DNA of 64,000 bases, from contig JAKBJL010000003.1 in the NCBI GenBank assembly GCA_021836035.1, positions 132,135 through 196,134 of the forward strand. The letters are read 5' to 3'. Position numbers and translations under genes: made by a program. The DNA comes from a bacterium. Its GTDB lineage: Bacteria; Patescibacteriota; Microgenomatia; JAMCZE01. The notes beneath the pieces are model-generated. The model was not told the origin of the DNA, did not search any database, and was given only the letters and a program-made list of their open reading frames with translations. Positions 1-9,924 of this stretch are shown here, piece after piece. Positions within the stretch are counted from its first letter, which is position 1. Each line of letters begins with the position of its first letter.

Positions 1-1432
1 ACAGGAAAATGGTGCCAAACCGATGGTCGGCAGATTGGGACAGATTTACTATCCCCTAAAGGACTCGCCACCAGAGCGAGCCATTCTGGTATTGGAAAAA
101 ATTCCAGACCGGGAATCTCAGCGACTGTCTCCAGCCGTAACATATATGACTGGAATTAATCTGGCCGAAGCGAATTTTATGTTCCGCCCTGACAGGGCGG
201 CAATTTTAAATGAACATTTGGCTGGAGATCCAAAGTTGCAAGGGCTACATAAACAGTTTATCGATGAGGTGTCAGCACAAGTGCAAACAAACCCTGACGA
301 CAAGCAAGCTTTAACAGATATTGCTATTAAATACTCTCTAATTTATGACAGATACACTCGGGAAAATAGATATTATGCTTTGGGATTTTCTGTTAAAAAT
401 AATTTCTCTGACAATGACTATCCCAGCCTGGAAGCAATTGCTAATAATCCCGACAAGGGCTACTACTGCCAGATTGCATCCCAAGCGTATCGTGAGTTTA
501 TGACATCTGGAGGGTTTATGGCGGTAGACCAACCAGGCATTACGTTTAAAGATTATAAGGAGCAATTATGGGGACAGGTTGGTCATCAGAATAATGCGGT
601 AATACTTCCCAATGGGGATGTTTTGTACGTAGATATAACTCCAGGTATCACAGACCGTACACCAAAAGAGGACATTGATGCCCTAACACCTAAGCAACCT
701 AAGCCAGAAGAGGTGCAAACACAACAGGACCAGGAATCTATCTTTAATATGGCCCTCAAGTACGGTGTTGGAACAGGAGTTGTTGGGACGGCACTATACG
801 GTTCTTATGAGCTATATGGAAGGATCAGACACCGAGCGGCTCTTGGTTATGTTGAGAAGTTTCTGTCAGAAACTCGTGGATTATCAGAGATTGAAAAGGA
901 AGTTTTACTATCGACAGTAAACGACTTAGCATATAGACCGTATACAGCCGAATTTTATAGCGAGGCAGCTAGAGTATTAGATAATTTGAACCTTTTTTCT
1001 GCTGAAAAACACGGCTCAACGGTGCAGTGGTTGCTCAATAATCACGTAGGGTTGCTTCATGGTGCTACGCCGCAAACAGCTTATGATAAATTGGTAGAAC
1101 AATATCAACAGGAGCCAGATATTTTAAGAACATACCTTGGGAGAACACAATCTGAGAAATCACCGGATTTTGATGTGGCATTTGAGACGGCAAAACTCCT
1201 GGACAAAAATAGGGTTGATATTTTGAAACGGCGACTTTACCAAAGACTTGATATGGAAAGCGGCGATAAGCAAGCTGGCGAACAAGCGAGTTATAAAGCG
1301 GCCGATATTTTAGAAATGGTAAGGGAACGCTTATATGATGACGCATTTCGCCGGCAACACATGGTTAGGGAGGAAAGTGCTCCTTACTACCAAGCTCTGT
1401 ACGACACACTACAAAGTCTAGGTACGGCTTAG
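1..1432 (+). CDS. Transglutaminase-like (Cys-His-Asp) membrane-anchored protein; 5' end probably outside window
   Basis: Frame is open from the window start. Motifs YYCQIAS, GHQNNAV and LYVDITP have triad spacing, followed by hydrophobic segment GVGTGVVGTALYG. Confidence 0.55.
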   Translation, partial: QENGAKPMVGRLGQIYYPLKDSPPERAILVLEKIPDRESQRLSPAVTYMTGINLAEANFMFRPDRAAILNEHLAGDPKLQGLHKQFIDEVSAQVQTNPDDKQALTDIAIKYSLIYDRYTRENRYYALGFSVKNNFSDNDYPSLEAIANNPDKGYYCQIASQAYREFMTSGGFMAVDQPGITFKDYKEQLWGQVGHQNNAVILPNGDVLYVDITPGITDRTPKEDIDALTPKQPKPEEVQTQQDQESIFNMALKYGVGTGVVGTALYGSYELYGRIRHRAALGYVEKFLSETRGLSEIEKEVLLSTVNDLAYRPYTAEFYSEAARVLDNLNLFSAEKHGSTVQWLLNNHVGLLHGATPQTAYDKLVEQYQQEPDILRTYLGRTQSEKSPDFDVAFETAKLLDKNRVDILKRRLYQRLDMESGDKQAGEQASYKAADILEMVRERLYDDAFRRQHMVREESAPYYQALYDTLQSLGTA

Positions 1433-1475
1433 TTCCGCTCTCTATAAATGTTTGTCGAAGAGATAGAGCGTGGTT

Positions 1476-1802
1476 CTAGCGATTTCCTTTTGCTCGGTTG
1501 TGTGTTTTACACAACATTTGACAATTCTTGGCTGAAGTTGTGCCTCCTTTACTCCAAGCTGTTAGATGGTCAGCGTCCATCTCGTCAAAACTCCAAATCT
1601 TACTCTTGTTGGCATCATGTCCAACAGCACAATACGGACAGTTAGACCTTCCCTTATTTTTAGCTTCAGTGGTTTGTGTTGTGTAAATTGCTTTCTTGGT
1701 TGCTTCATCAAAAACTCGAATCTCGAGTAATTTTGTGTCGATTGAACCACCTAAGAAAGAAAATGACTGGATAGTAAACAATCGGATTATTTTCTTAATC
1801 AT
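1476..1802 (-). pseudogene. C-terminal fragment of an HNH endonuclease (DUF262-HNH-like tail)
   Basis: CPYC...MDADHLTAWSKGGTTSAKNCQMLCKTHNRAKG is an HNH motif. The N-terminal part is missing and the fragment abuts the LSR remnant. Confidence 0.7.
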
Positions 1803-1805
1803 ATT

Positions 1806-2632
1806 AACACCAGTTATTAGTGACGACGGACTGTACGAGAAGGTAAGAAAGGTTTTAGAGAATAACCAGAAGTATGCCCATGCCCTTAAGAAACGAAGTT
1901 TAACTATCTTTTAAGTGGTACGGTCTATTGTGGCTGCGGTAGCAGGCGTGTGGGGGATGGTACAAGCAAATATGGTCAAACTTCTATTACCGTTGTGTTG
2001 ACCGGATCCGTAAACCCACAGGAATAGTCGGTGGGTGTAAAGCTCAAGGGGCAAATGCTGCAGTGCTTGATGGGCTGTTTTGGAGAGAGCTTAAGAAGTA
2101 TTTAACAGATAAAGATTATCTACGTCAGCAAGCGCAAGAGTGGTTAACCTCAGAAATGAATCAAAATCAAACAAATGCTTTGGAAAAGGAAAGGCTGAAG
2201 GAACAAATAACCAAAGCCAGAGAAGAACAGGAGCGTTACGCAAAGGCTTACGGAGTGGAAACACTGGACTTTGAGCAATTCAAAGATTTAATGAGGGAGT
2301 CTAAAAGGAAAGTTGAGGAATTGGAAAAACGACTAGATGAACTTTCAATAGCAATCAGTGGCCATGTTATTAATCCCGAACAGCTGGATACTTTGTGCAA
2401 AGAAGCAGTAAAAGTCATAAAAAACCTTAACTTCGATGACAAAAAGAGGCTAATTGGCGATATAATCGATAAAGTTACCGTTCACGTAGATGGACGGGTA
2501 GAAGCCTTGGGGCATTTACCTTTATTCGCCCAAAGTTGGGACAGTAAACCAAATGTAACCCAAGAGTTGGGATTGTATGCTACAGGTAGGAATTATAGGG
2601 CTCCCGAATGTTGGAAAGTCCACGCTATTTAA
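1806..2632 (+). pseudogene. Large serine recombinase remnant (end of recombinase domain, Zn ribbon, coiled coil), frameshifted, catalytic domain lost
   Basis: Read across frameshifts: TPVISDDGLYEKVRKVLENN, YLLSGTVYCGCG, FYYRCVDR...CKAQG, coiled coil, then KKRLIGDIIDKVTV. The end overlaps the ychF start in another frame. Confidence 0.8.
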
Positions 2633-3671
2633 TGCCTTACTTGAAAAGCAACAAGCGCTGGTAGCTAATTATCCGTTTGCCACAATTGAACCGAATGTGG
2701 GGATAGTAGCGGTACCGGACGAACGGCTCGGGGAACTGCAAAAGATAGTACAAGCACAGGAACAAGTACAAATAGAAGAAATACCGATTGTGCCGGCGAC
2801 GGTAAAGTTCGTGGATATTGCCGGATTGGTGAAGGGAGCGGCAGAAGGGGCGGGACTGGGGAATAAATTTTTAGCCCATATCCGGGAAGTGGATTTAATC
2901 TGCCATGTCGTCCGCGATTTTAAGGATGAGAATATTATCCGGGAGGGGAGTACAAATCCGGAATCGGATATAGAAGTGATTAACGCGGAATTAATACTGG
3001 CGGATTTACAGACAATTGCGAAAGCGGATAGCGGGAAGCGTAAAGCGGATAGTACGGAATTAAAGAATCGGTTGGGGGGATTGAAGAAACTTACAGGGGA
3101 ACTGAATAAAGGAAAGCTGGCCAGAGATGTGGAGCTGACCGAGGAAGAAGCGGAAGCGATAAAAGAGCTACAGTTGTTAACGATGAAACCGGTGTTGTAC
3201 GTAAGAAACGTGACATACGAAAACAGCTTAAAGCAAATAGCTAATGGCATAAATAACAAAATGGGAACAAATGAAAAAATTGAGATTGACGCGAAGCTGG
3301 AAGCGGAACTGGCCTCTCTAAGCGAAGAAGAGCAGAAGGAGTACCTGCAAAGCTTAGGAATTTCGGAACCGGGGTTAAACAGGTTGATTCAGAAAGCGTA
3401 CTCAATGCTAGGCCTAATTTCCTTTCTGACAGCAGGGGTAAAAGAGGTGCGGGCGTGGACGATTAAGCGCGGGACTAAGGCACCGCAAGCGGCCGGGGTA
3501 ATCCATACCGATTTTGAAAAAGGATTTATTAAAGCGGAAATAATAGATTTTAATGATTTTGTTAAATTGGGAGGGTGGAAGAAGGCCAGGGAAGAGGGGA
3601 AAGTCAGATTTGAAGGAAAAGAATATGTTATAAATGACGGTGACGTAGTAGAGTTCAAGGTTAACGCGTAG
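2577..3671 (+). CDS. ychF: Redox-regulated ATPase YchF
   Basis: GIIGLPNVGKSTLFN, ANYPFATIEPN, DIAGLVKGA, APQAAGVIHTDFEKGFI, EGKEY. Confidence 0.97.
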   Translation: MLQVGIIGLPNVGKSTLFNALLEKQQALVANYPFATIEPNVGIVAVPDERLGELQKIVQAQEQVQIEEIPIVPATVKFVDIAGLVKGAAEGAGLGNKFLAHIREVDLICHVVRDFKDENIIREGSTNPESDIEVINAELILADLQTIAKADSGKRKADSTELKNRLGGLKKLTGELNKGKLARDVELTEEEAEAIKELQLLTMKPVLYVRNVTYENSLKQIANGINNKMGTNEKIEIDAKLEAELASLSEEEQKEYLQSLGISEPGLNRLIQKAYSMLGLISFLTAGVKEVRAWTIKRGTKAPQAAGVIHTDFEKGFIKAEIIDFNDFVKLGGWKKAREEGKVRFEGKEYVINDGDVVEFKVNA

Positions 3672-3683
3672 TCGTTTTAATTC

Positions 3684-3836
3684 AAGGATCCCGCCAGCCA
3701 CCCATCCCCGAAAAGCTAGCTTCGCCATCATGACGATTTTTTACAAATGTTTTTCTTTTTTTATTTTCTTTATTCTGTTTATTTAAAAAGGGGGGCTATG
3801 CCTATGCTTTTGGGGTCCCCGGTGGCTGTCACCCTT
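3684..3836 (+). repeat. Structured intergenic element, copy A
   Basis: aaggatccc-gccagccacc...aagggggg...ggggtcccc-ggtggctgtc-accctt; stems cagccacc/ggtggctg and ccccgaaaagc/gcttttgggg. Confidence 0.7.
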
Positions 3837-4035
3837 TTAAAATAAACGAGTAATAACAAAACGAATAAAAAATATCCGCCAAAGGCGTTATCTAGAGACT
3901 GACCAGCCGCGGGCTGAGATCAGCCTTGGGTTGAAAAAACAAAAAATGAAAAACAAAAAATAATCTTGGAGTATTGTCTTTAGCAGGTAGAAATGGTAAA
4001 ATTTGCATCAATTATGGCTTTTATTAAGGCAAAAC

Positions 4036-4320
4036 ATGAGAGATTATGAGTTGACGATTTTGGTTCCGGCGAGTTTATCAGAAGCGGATTTGGAAAAGGA
4101 ACAATCAAAGATTGCCCAACTCCTTAAAAAATCCTCTGTCAAGGTAACCAGAGAAGCCAAAGCAACCAAAAAACCATTAGCGTACGAAATCGGTAAAATC
4201 CGGGAGGGATACTATTTATATTATGAGCTGGAAATGGGTCCGGAAACAGTTGCAGAATTGGACAAACTGATTAAAATGGAAGAGAATGTGATGAGACACT
4301 TGATCGTAAAAAGAGCGTAA
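4036..4320 (+). CDS. rpsF: 30S ribosomal protein S6
   Basis: MRDYELTIL...KKPLAYEI...GYY...VMRHLIVK; lies upstream of ssb and rpsR. Confidence 0.95.
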   Translation: MRDYELTILVPASLSEADLEKEQSKIAQLLKKSSVKVTREAKATKKPLAYEIGKIREGYYLYYELEMGPETVAELDKLIKMEENVMRHLIVKRA

Positions 4321-4355
4321 AGCGTAAAGAGGTCTCTCTCTATACGCTAAATAAA

Positions 4356-4904
4356 ATGTCGAGCAGATCGCTGAATAAAGTAATGTTAATCGGGAACCTG
4401 ACCCGGGATCCGGAACTACGGTATACGCCGCAGGGAACAGCCGTGGCTACTTTCGGCCTGGCGACTAACCGTGGCTGGACGACCGATACCGGGGAGAAAA
4501 AGGAAGAGGTAGAATTTCACCGGCTGGTCTCTTGGAATAAACTGGCAGAGCTTTGCAGCCAGCTTTTATACAAGGGGGTTAAAGTCTATATTGAAGGAAG
4601 ACTGCAGACCCGAACTTTTACCGGTTCGGATAACGCTCAGCATTCAGTTACGGAGATTGTTGTTTCCGATATGGTTATCCTTTCCCCAAAGAGGGGAATT
4701 GAAGAAAGCGTGGGTTCAAGTACGAGTGTAAGTACAAGCGGACCCGGGGAAACGGAAAATGCTCCGGCGACTCCGGCACCGGCGGTTGAGGAAACAAAAA
4801 AGGGTAAAACCGCTCCCAAAGGAAAAACGGCAAAAAAGGAAGGCACAGAGACAGAGGAGGCTGTTGCGGAGGAAAAAGTGGATGTAGACGAAATACCCTT
4901 CTGA
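4356..4904 (+). CDS. ssb: Single-stranded DNA-binding protein
   Basis: LNKVMLIGNLTRDPELRYTP, VYIEGRLQTR, acidic tail DEIPF. Confidence 0.97.
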   Translation: MSSRSLNKVMLIGNLTRDPELRYTPQGTAVATFGLATNRGWTTDTGEKKEEVEFHRLVSWNKLAELCSQLLYKGVKVYIEGRLQTRTFTGSDNAQHSVTEIVVSDMVILSPKRGIEESVGSSTSVSTSGPGETENAPATPAPAVEETKKGKTAPKGKTAKKEGTETEEAVAEEKVDVDEIPF

Positions 4905-4910
4905 TGACTA

Positions 4911-4960
4911 ACCCCTCGACTGCGCTCGGGGTGGGCAGCAAACCTCGATTAATTCGGGGT
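4911..4960. repeat. REP-like short palindromes
   Basis: acccctcgactgcgctcggggt and aacctcgattaattcggggt; related degenerate motifs near 13631 and 23455-23526. Confidence 0.5.
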
Positions 4961-4996
4961 AAATAGCTTAAAGCGCAAAGCACAAAAATAATTTTT

Positions 4997-5230
4997 ATGT
5001 ATCGAAAATATATCAAGCCAAAGCCGGTCAGAAAAAATTGCGAATTTTGTCATAACGATGCGGAGCCGGATTATAAAAACCCGGACGCTCTGCGGCGTTA
5101 TATTACGGAGCGCGGCAAAATCCAGGGCAAGGACAGAAGCGGAGTTTGTACTAAACATCAGAAAAGACTGGCGGTCCAGATTAAAAGAGCAAGACACCTT
5201 GCCTATCTTCCTTTTGTCGCCGGACTTTAA
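4997..5230 (+). CDS. rpsR: 30S ribosomal protein S18 (Zn-binding type)
   Basis: CEFC, DYKN, ITERGKI, CTKHQKRLAVQIKRAR.LA.LPF. Confidence 0.96.
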   Translation: MYRKYIKPKPVRKNCEFCHNDAEPDYKNPDALRRYITERGKIQGKDRSGVCTKHQKRLAVQIKRARHLAYLPFVAGL

Positions 5231-5240
5231 TATTATAATT

Positions 5241-5393
5241 TAAGGGTCCTGGCAACCCGCAGCCCCAAAACACTATTTCGCCCATACGTCTGATTTGTAT
5301 CTTGTTTCTTGTATCTTGGTAATTTAATTCTGGTCGGGCGAAAGAAGAGGGGGCTCATTCGTGTTTGGGGCTCCCCGCGGGTTACCGCCCTTA
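5241..5393 (+). repeat. Structured intergenic element, copy B
   Basis: taagggtcctggcaacccgcagcccc...gaaagaagagggggctcattcgtgtttggggctccccgcgggttaccgccctta. Confidence 0.75.
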
Positions 5394-5488
5394 CTAAAAA
5401 CCGTGTAATAATGCATTAATCTAATTCTTGTGCTTTTTCCTTCCATAAGGTAACTTGGTAGAGTAAAATATATAAACTGAGGAAAAGC

Positions 5489-6154
5489 ATGGAATTGAAA
5501 TTCGAATCTGTTGCCCGTTGGTTACCGTTTAATCCCGATCCGCTGATGGTGGAGAATTGGATCGGCAATCGTACTCTCTATCCCGAGCTGTTGCCCCAAA
5601 CGGAAGAAGAACTTTATCTCGAACAGGCGGCGATGCGGGAAGAATTACGGGAACAGGTGCTGACCGGTGCTTCTCAGATAAAGGGAAAACCAGCGGAAAA
5701 TCCTGCCCCCAATTGGGAAAGGTTAATCCCGAAACTACGGCGTATAGCCAGAAGTGATAACGAGGTTTTAGGAATAATTCTGGATGGATTGGAACCAAAG
5801 GATATTTTTTCGGTACCGGGCTTAGCTTTAGTTATTGCTCCGGTAGGAATGATCCCTCCCGGTACGGCAGTTGCTGCTGAAGTGATTGTTGATCTTGGAT
5901 TAACGGAAAAACAGAAAATGTTGATCCCCCCCGATGACATTCTCCTTTTGCCATTGCCTCGTAACCAGAAAGCGAAATTAAAAATCAAACTGAACCGGGA
6001 TTTGCGCCTAAATAAAAAAGGCGGTCTGACTTTGGAATTAGAGAGCGAAGGGTGCGGAGTTTTATTAGATTTAAGAGGTAGACCGATCAATTTACCGCTG
6101 GCCGACGGTTACAGCCGGGAAAGGGTGAAGAAATGGCGCGGGGTATTAAACTAG
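5489..6154 (+). CDS. Hypothetical protein resembling the C-terminal part of GlmL/MutL (glutamate mutase L)-like proteins
   Basis: NRTLYP.LLPQT.EEL.LEQA, ILDGLEP and GVLLDLRGRPI motifs, recognised from memory. Confidence 0.45.
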   Translation: MELKFESVARWLPFNPDPLMVENWIGNRTLYPELLPQTEEELYLEQAAMREELREQVLTGASQIKGKPAENPAPNWERLIPKLRRIARSDNEVLGIILDGLEPKDIFSVPGLALVIAPVGMIPPGTAVAAEVIVDLGLTEKQKMLIPPDDILLLPLPRNQKAKLKIKLNRDLRLNKKGGLTLELESEGCGVLLDLRGRPINLPLADGYSRERVKKWRGVLN

Positions 6155-6155
6155 A

Positions 6156-7157
6156 ATGTCCTCTCTTACTATTCCGGTAATCAAAAAAATAAAAGAAAAG
6201 GAAAAAATGGTTCTTACCCGTCAGATTACGGGTGAATCAATGGTGAGCGTTGGGGAAGAAGTGGCCGCCGAAACAATCCTAGGTACTAAACGGTTTTCCC
6301 GGGAAGTAAAGTATCGATTGCCCGGGGCTAAATTAACTGTTTCTCCCGGTGAGAAAATCGTTCGGGGACAACTAATCGGCAGCCGCAAAGTAATGTTAGG
6401 CTTGCGGAGCAGCAAAATTTTGGCGCCGGTTGACGGGGAAGTAAAAAGTATCGGTAATAACGGGGAAGTCGTTTTCCAGGAATACGGGCAGGCTGAAAAA
6501 ATTGCCGCCGGCTGCTGGGGGAAGATTGCGGCGATTGAGGACGGTACGGTCAGTATTGAGACGATGGTTAAGCGGATTTTCGGTGCTACCGGCATCGGCG
6601 GATCCTGTAGCGGTTTTATTAAAAACCTGGCCAAAAGCGACGAGATCGTTACCCCGCAGTTGCTGAGTAGTTCGGTAGCCGGAATGATTGTCTGCGGCGG
6701 CAGCTTGCTTTTACGGGAAACGGTAGAAAAAGCGCAGGCATTAGGTGCTTGCGGCATCATCGCCGGAGGTATCAATTACCGGGAATTTGCCGCTTTCAAA
6801 AAAGAAAACCACCCTTTCACCATTGTAATTACCGATGGATTCGGAGCCGTACCTATGGGAATAAATATTCCTGAAGTTTATGCGATGGTTGACGGATCCG
6901 AAGCAATGGTTACAATCCCTGTAAATATAAAAACTGTGTCTAAAAGTGAGGAAAAGGAGGTTGAACGAGTGCCTTTAAATATCGGCACAGTAGTACGGAT
7001 TTTAGCGGCGGAGAAAATGGGGCGCTACGGGAAAATTACCGCCATTTCGGAAAAAGAGGAAGTATTACCCAGCGGGTTAAAAGATTTTGTCGCGGAAGTA
7101 AAAGTTGGGGAGGAGATGTCAGCGGTGGCGGTGAGTAACTTACAGGCAGTAATATAA
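6156..7157 (+). CDS. Conserved hypothetical protein with barrel-sandwich-like repeats and a C-terminal KOW-like motif
   Basis: LTVSPGEKIVRGQLIG, ILAPVDGEV, IVITDGFGAVPM, GTVVRIL...GRYGKI; starts 1 nt after the previous stop. Confidence 0.55.
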   Translation: MSSLTIPVIKKIKEKEKMVLTRQITGESMVSVGEEVAAETILGTKRFSREVKYRLPGAKLTVSPGEKIVRGQLIGSRKVMLGLRSSKILAPVDGEVKSIGNNGEVVFQEYGQAEKIAAGCWGKIAAIEDGTVSIETMVKRIFGATGIGGSCSGFIKNLAKSDEIVTPQLLSSSVAGMIVCGGSLLLRETVEKAQALGACGIIAGGINYREFAAFKKENHPFTIVITDGFGAVPMGINIPEVYAMVDGSEAMVTIPVNIKTVSKSEEKEVERVPLNIGTVVRILAAEKMGRYGKITAISEKEEVLPSGLKDFVAEVKVGEEMSAVAVSNLQAVI

Positions 7158-7169
7158 TGGGGAAATATT

Positions 7170-7319
7170 TAAAGGATTTGGGATCCCGACAGCTGTTTTC
7201 CCCGGAAATGCATCTTGCCATAAGGCGGTTTTAAAACGGATCATTCTTGTTTCTAATTTTATGAAAAGAAGATGGCAAGCTGCGCTTTCCCGGGGACCCT
7301 GCTAGCTGCCACTCCTTAA
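7170..7319 (+). repeat. Structured intergenic element, copy C
   Basis: gggatcccgacagct...ccccggaaa...ggcaagctgcgctttcccggggaccctgctagctgccactcctt; closest to copy D. Confidence 0.65.
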
Positions 7320-7379
7320 CAATTTTGTAGGTATTTTTGTATATTGGGAATTAATATATAAATCGGATATAATTTTCCC

Positions 7380-8621
7380 GTGATAATTAAACTGAGAACA
7401 ATAAGAAACCTAGCGGTTATCCTTGCTCTTCTGGTTCTTGCCGGTGGAGTAGGCTATAACTTGGGGCAGAGGGATGTCAAAGTCCGTTGGAAAAATTTAC
7501 CCCAGGTAGAGATAACCAATAAGTTGCCGCCTTCTAACCGGGATGTTGACTTTTCGCTTTTTTGGGATGTCTGGAGCAGGGTGGAAAGCAGTTATGTGGA
7601 CAAGTCTAAACTGCAGCCGCAAACCATGGTTTACGGGGCAATTTCCGGGATGGTTTCTTCTCTGGGCGATCCCTATACGGTTTTTCTCCCGCCGCAGGAA
7701 AATAAAGAGAGCAAAGAGGAACTGAACGGCAGTTTTGAGGGAATTGGCGCCCAACTGGGAATTAAGGAGAACAAGATTGTAGTAGTAGCCCCGGTTTCCG
7801 GGATGCCGGCAGAGGCAGCGGGGATTAAAGCCGGTGATTGGATCGTTAAAGTTGACGGTAAAGAAACCGCCAACTGGACTTTACCCGAAGCGGTAAACAA
7901 CATCCGTGGAACGAAGGGAACCGAAGTTACTCTGACTATTCTGCATCCCGGCCAGACAAAAACGACCGATGTCAAAGTGGTCAGAAATACCATTGTTATC
8001 AAATCAATTGAATGGCAAGTCAAGGAAGCCTCCGGTTCAGCTAAGGAGATAGTCTATCTGCGCCTGAGCCGTTTCGGCGATACTACTAATACGGAGTTTG
8101 ATACCGCAGTCACGGAGATTACCGAGAAGATGCAATCTGACAGCAATATCCGGGGACTGGTTTTGGATTTGCGTAACAATCCGGGCGGTTATCTTAATGG
8201 CGCGGTCTATGTTGCCAGCGAATTTCTCAAAGACGGGGAGGTGGTCAAGCAAGCAAACGGCGACGGAACTTCCCAGACTTTTACGGTTAACCGGCAAGGC
8301 AAGCTAACTCAGGTACCCATGGTGGTGTTGATCAACCAGGGCAGCGCTAGTGCTTCCGAGATTGTCGCTGGAGCTCTACAAGCGCGGGGAAGAGCAAAAC
8401 TAATTGGTACGCAAAGTTTCGGCAAAGGGAGTGTCCAGGAAGCCCAGGATTTACCCGGTGGAGCGGGACTGCACGTGACGATTTCCAAATGGTTGCTACC
8501 TGACGGGCGCTGGATTAATGGCAGTGGCTTGACACCAGATGATAAAATAGAACAGGACGAAAACGATCCGACGCGGGATTTACAGCTGGAAAAAGCGATC
8601 GAAATTCTAACCGCCGGATAA
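7380..8621 (+). CDS. ctpA: Carboxyl-terminal processing protease (S41) with PDZ domain
   Basis: GDPYT, FEGIGA, LDLRNNPGG, SASASEIVAGAL, SFGKGSVQ. Confidence 0.93.
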   Translation: MIIKLRTIRNLAVILALLVLAGGVGYNLGQRDVKVRWKNLPQVEITNKLPPSNRDVDFSLFWDVWSRVESSYVDKSKLQPQTMVYGAISGMVSSLGDPYTVFLPPQENKESKEELNGSFEGIGAQLGIKENKIVVVAPVSGMPAEAAGIKAGDWIVKVDGKETANWTLPEAVNNIRGTKGTEVTLTILHPGQTKTTDVKVVRNTIVIKSIEWQVKEASGSAKEIVYLRLSRFGDTTNTEFDTAVTEITEKMQSDSNIRGLVLDLRNNPGGYLNGAVYVASEFLKDGEVVKQANGDGTSQTFTVNRQGKLTQVPMVVLINQGSASASEIVAGALQARGRAKLIGTQSFGKGSVQEAQDLPGGAGLHVTISKWLLPDGRWINGSGLTPDDKIEQDENDPTRDLQLEKAIEILTAG

Positions 8622-8627
8622 TTTATT

Positions 8628-9818
8628 ATGGGCAAAAAATTTTTAACAGCCATCGGTATTCTGGTAATTTTGATTTTACTCGGCATTGGCTCCGGGACCT
8701 TAGGAGTCAAGACCGACAAACTTAATTTTACTCTTCCGCAGATTGCCAATACCCTCCGTATTACCGGACCGAATACCGGACCTGTTCCGGCGGGTCAATC
8801 AACCACGAAAGTAGTTTCGGAAGAATCGGTGACTATTGATGTGGTTAAAAAAGTCTCGCCGGCGGTAGTTACCGTCGGAATTACGACTGCGCAATCTAAT
8901 CTCGGCAACCAGAATTTCGGTTTCGGCCCATTCGGCTTTTTCCAATCACCGGCTCCCCAAAACCAACAGCCGGTTAGCCAGAATATCGGCTCCGGTTTTA
9001 TTATTAAAAGCGACGGGCTGATCATTACCAACAAACATGTTGTATCAGATACTACGGCTAAATACCGGATAGTAACCGCCGATAATAAAACTTATGATGT
9101 CCAAAAAATTTATCGTGATCCAAACAATGATCTGGCAATTTTAAAAATTAACGCCACCGGCTTACCCTCGGTAGAGCTGGGCGATAGCAGTAGTCTACAG
9201 GTAGGGCAATTTGCTATAGCAATCGGGACAGCTTTGGGAGAGTTTCGTAGTACTGTTACTACCGGAGTTATTTCGGGAATAGGCAGGAGTATTACGGCCG
9301 GAGCCCCTTTCCAGGGAAGTGAGCAGTTAAATAACATTATCCAAACTTCGGCGGCGATTAATCCGGGGAATTCCGGGGGACCTTTACTTAACAGCTCGGG
9401 GCAGGTTATCGGGGTGAATGTGGCGACCGCATCGGACGCCCAGAATATCGGTTTTGCTTTACCGATCAATACCGTTAAGGATTCAATTAATATTTTCGAA
9501 ACCACCGGGTCTTTTCCTCAGAAGGCGTATCTCGGAGTTCAATACAGCATGGTCAGCCGGAATTTAGCGGTTATTAACGATATTCCCGAAGGAGCTTATA
9601 TCCAGAATGTCGTTACCGACAGCCCAGCGGATAAAGCAGGAGTCCATGACGGAGATATCATTACCAAAATTGACGGGCAAAATATCCGTGATACCAACGG
9701 GGGATTATCAGCGGTAATCAACAAGAAAAAGCCCGGGGATTCGGTAGAATTAACCATTTACCGGGATACTAATGAAACCATCACGATTAAAGTAACCCTC
9801 TCTGAATCGCCCTCTTAG
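8628..9818 (+). CDS. htrA: HtrA/DegP-family serine protease with PDZ domain
   Basis: GSGFII, TNKHVV, DLAILKI, AAINPGNSGGPL, SPADKAG. Confidence 0.93.
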   Translation: MGKKFLTAIGILVILILLGIGSGTLGVKTDKLNFTLPQIANTLRITGPNTGPVPAGQSTTKVVSEESVTIDVVKKVSPAVVTVGITTAQSNLGNQNFGFGPFGFFQSPAPQNQQPVSQNIGSGFIIKSDGLIITNKHVVSDTTAKYRIVTADNKTYDVQKIYRDPNNDLAILKINATGLPSVELGDSSSLQVGQFAIAIGTALGEFRSTVTTGVISGIGRSITAGAPFQGSEQLNNIIQTSAAINPGNSGGPLLNSSGQVIGVNVATASDAQNIGFALPINTVKDSINIFETTGSFPQKAYLGVQYSMVSRNLAVINDIPEGAYIQNVVTDSPADKAGVHDGDIITKIDGQNIRDTNGGLSAVINKKKPGDSVELTIYRDTNETITIKVTLSESPS

Positions 9819-9924
9819 AAAATTATAATTGGATAAATAGGATGTTGGAGCGGGGAATAGAGTAACTCTTTTTCTTTCCCTTTCTCCTTCCCGCTCCCGC
9901 TAACCATTACTTTTCTCAAATTAA

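Noticed and set aside
2669-3259. Long antisense ORFs (also 6221-6775, 13798-14202, 21418-21921, 23535-24074, 56045-56452 and others)
   Set aside because: They are shadows of well-supported genes on the opposite strand and lack motifs.
3684-3836. Structured element as a known riboswitch or simple terminator
   Set aside because: I could not match it by eye to c-di-GMP, ZTP, SAM or HDV-like consensus, and it is multi-stem with an insert. An Rfam search is still needed.
9847-9897. ggagcggg/cccgctcc inverted repeat as a bidirectional terminator
   Set aside because: The position between convergent genes is plausible, but the loop is long and there is no clear U-tract.
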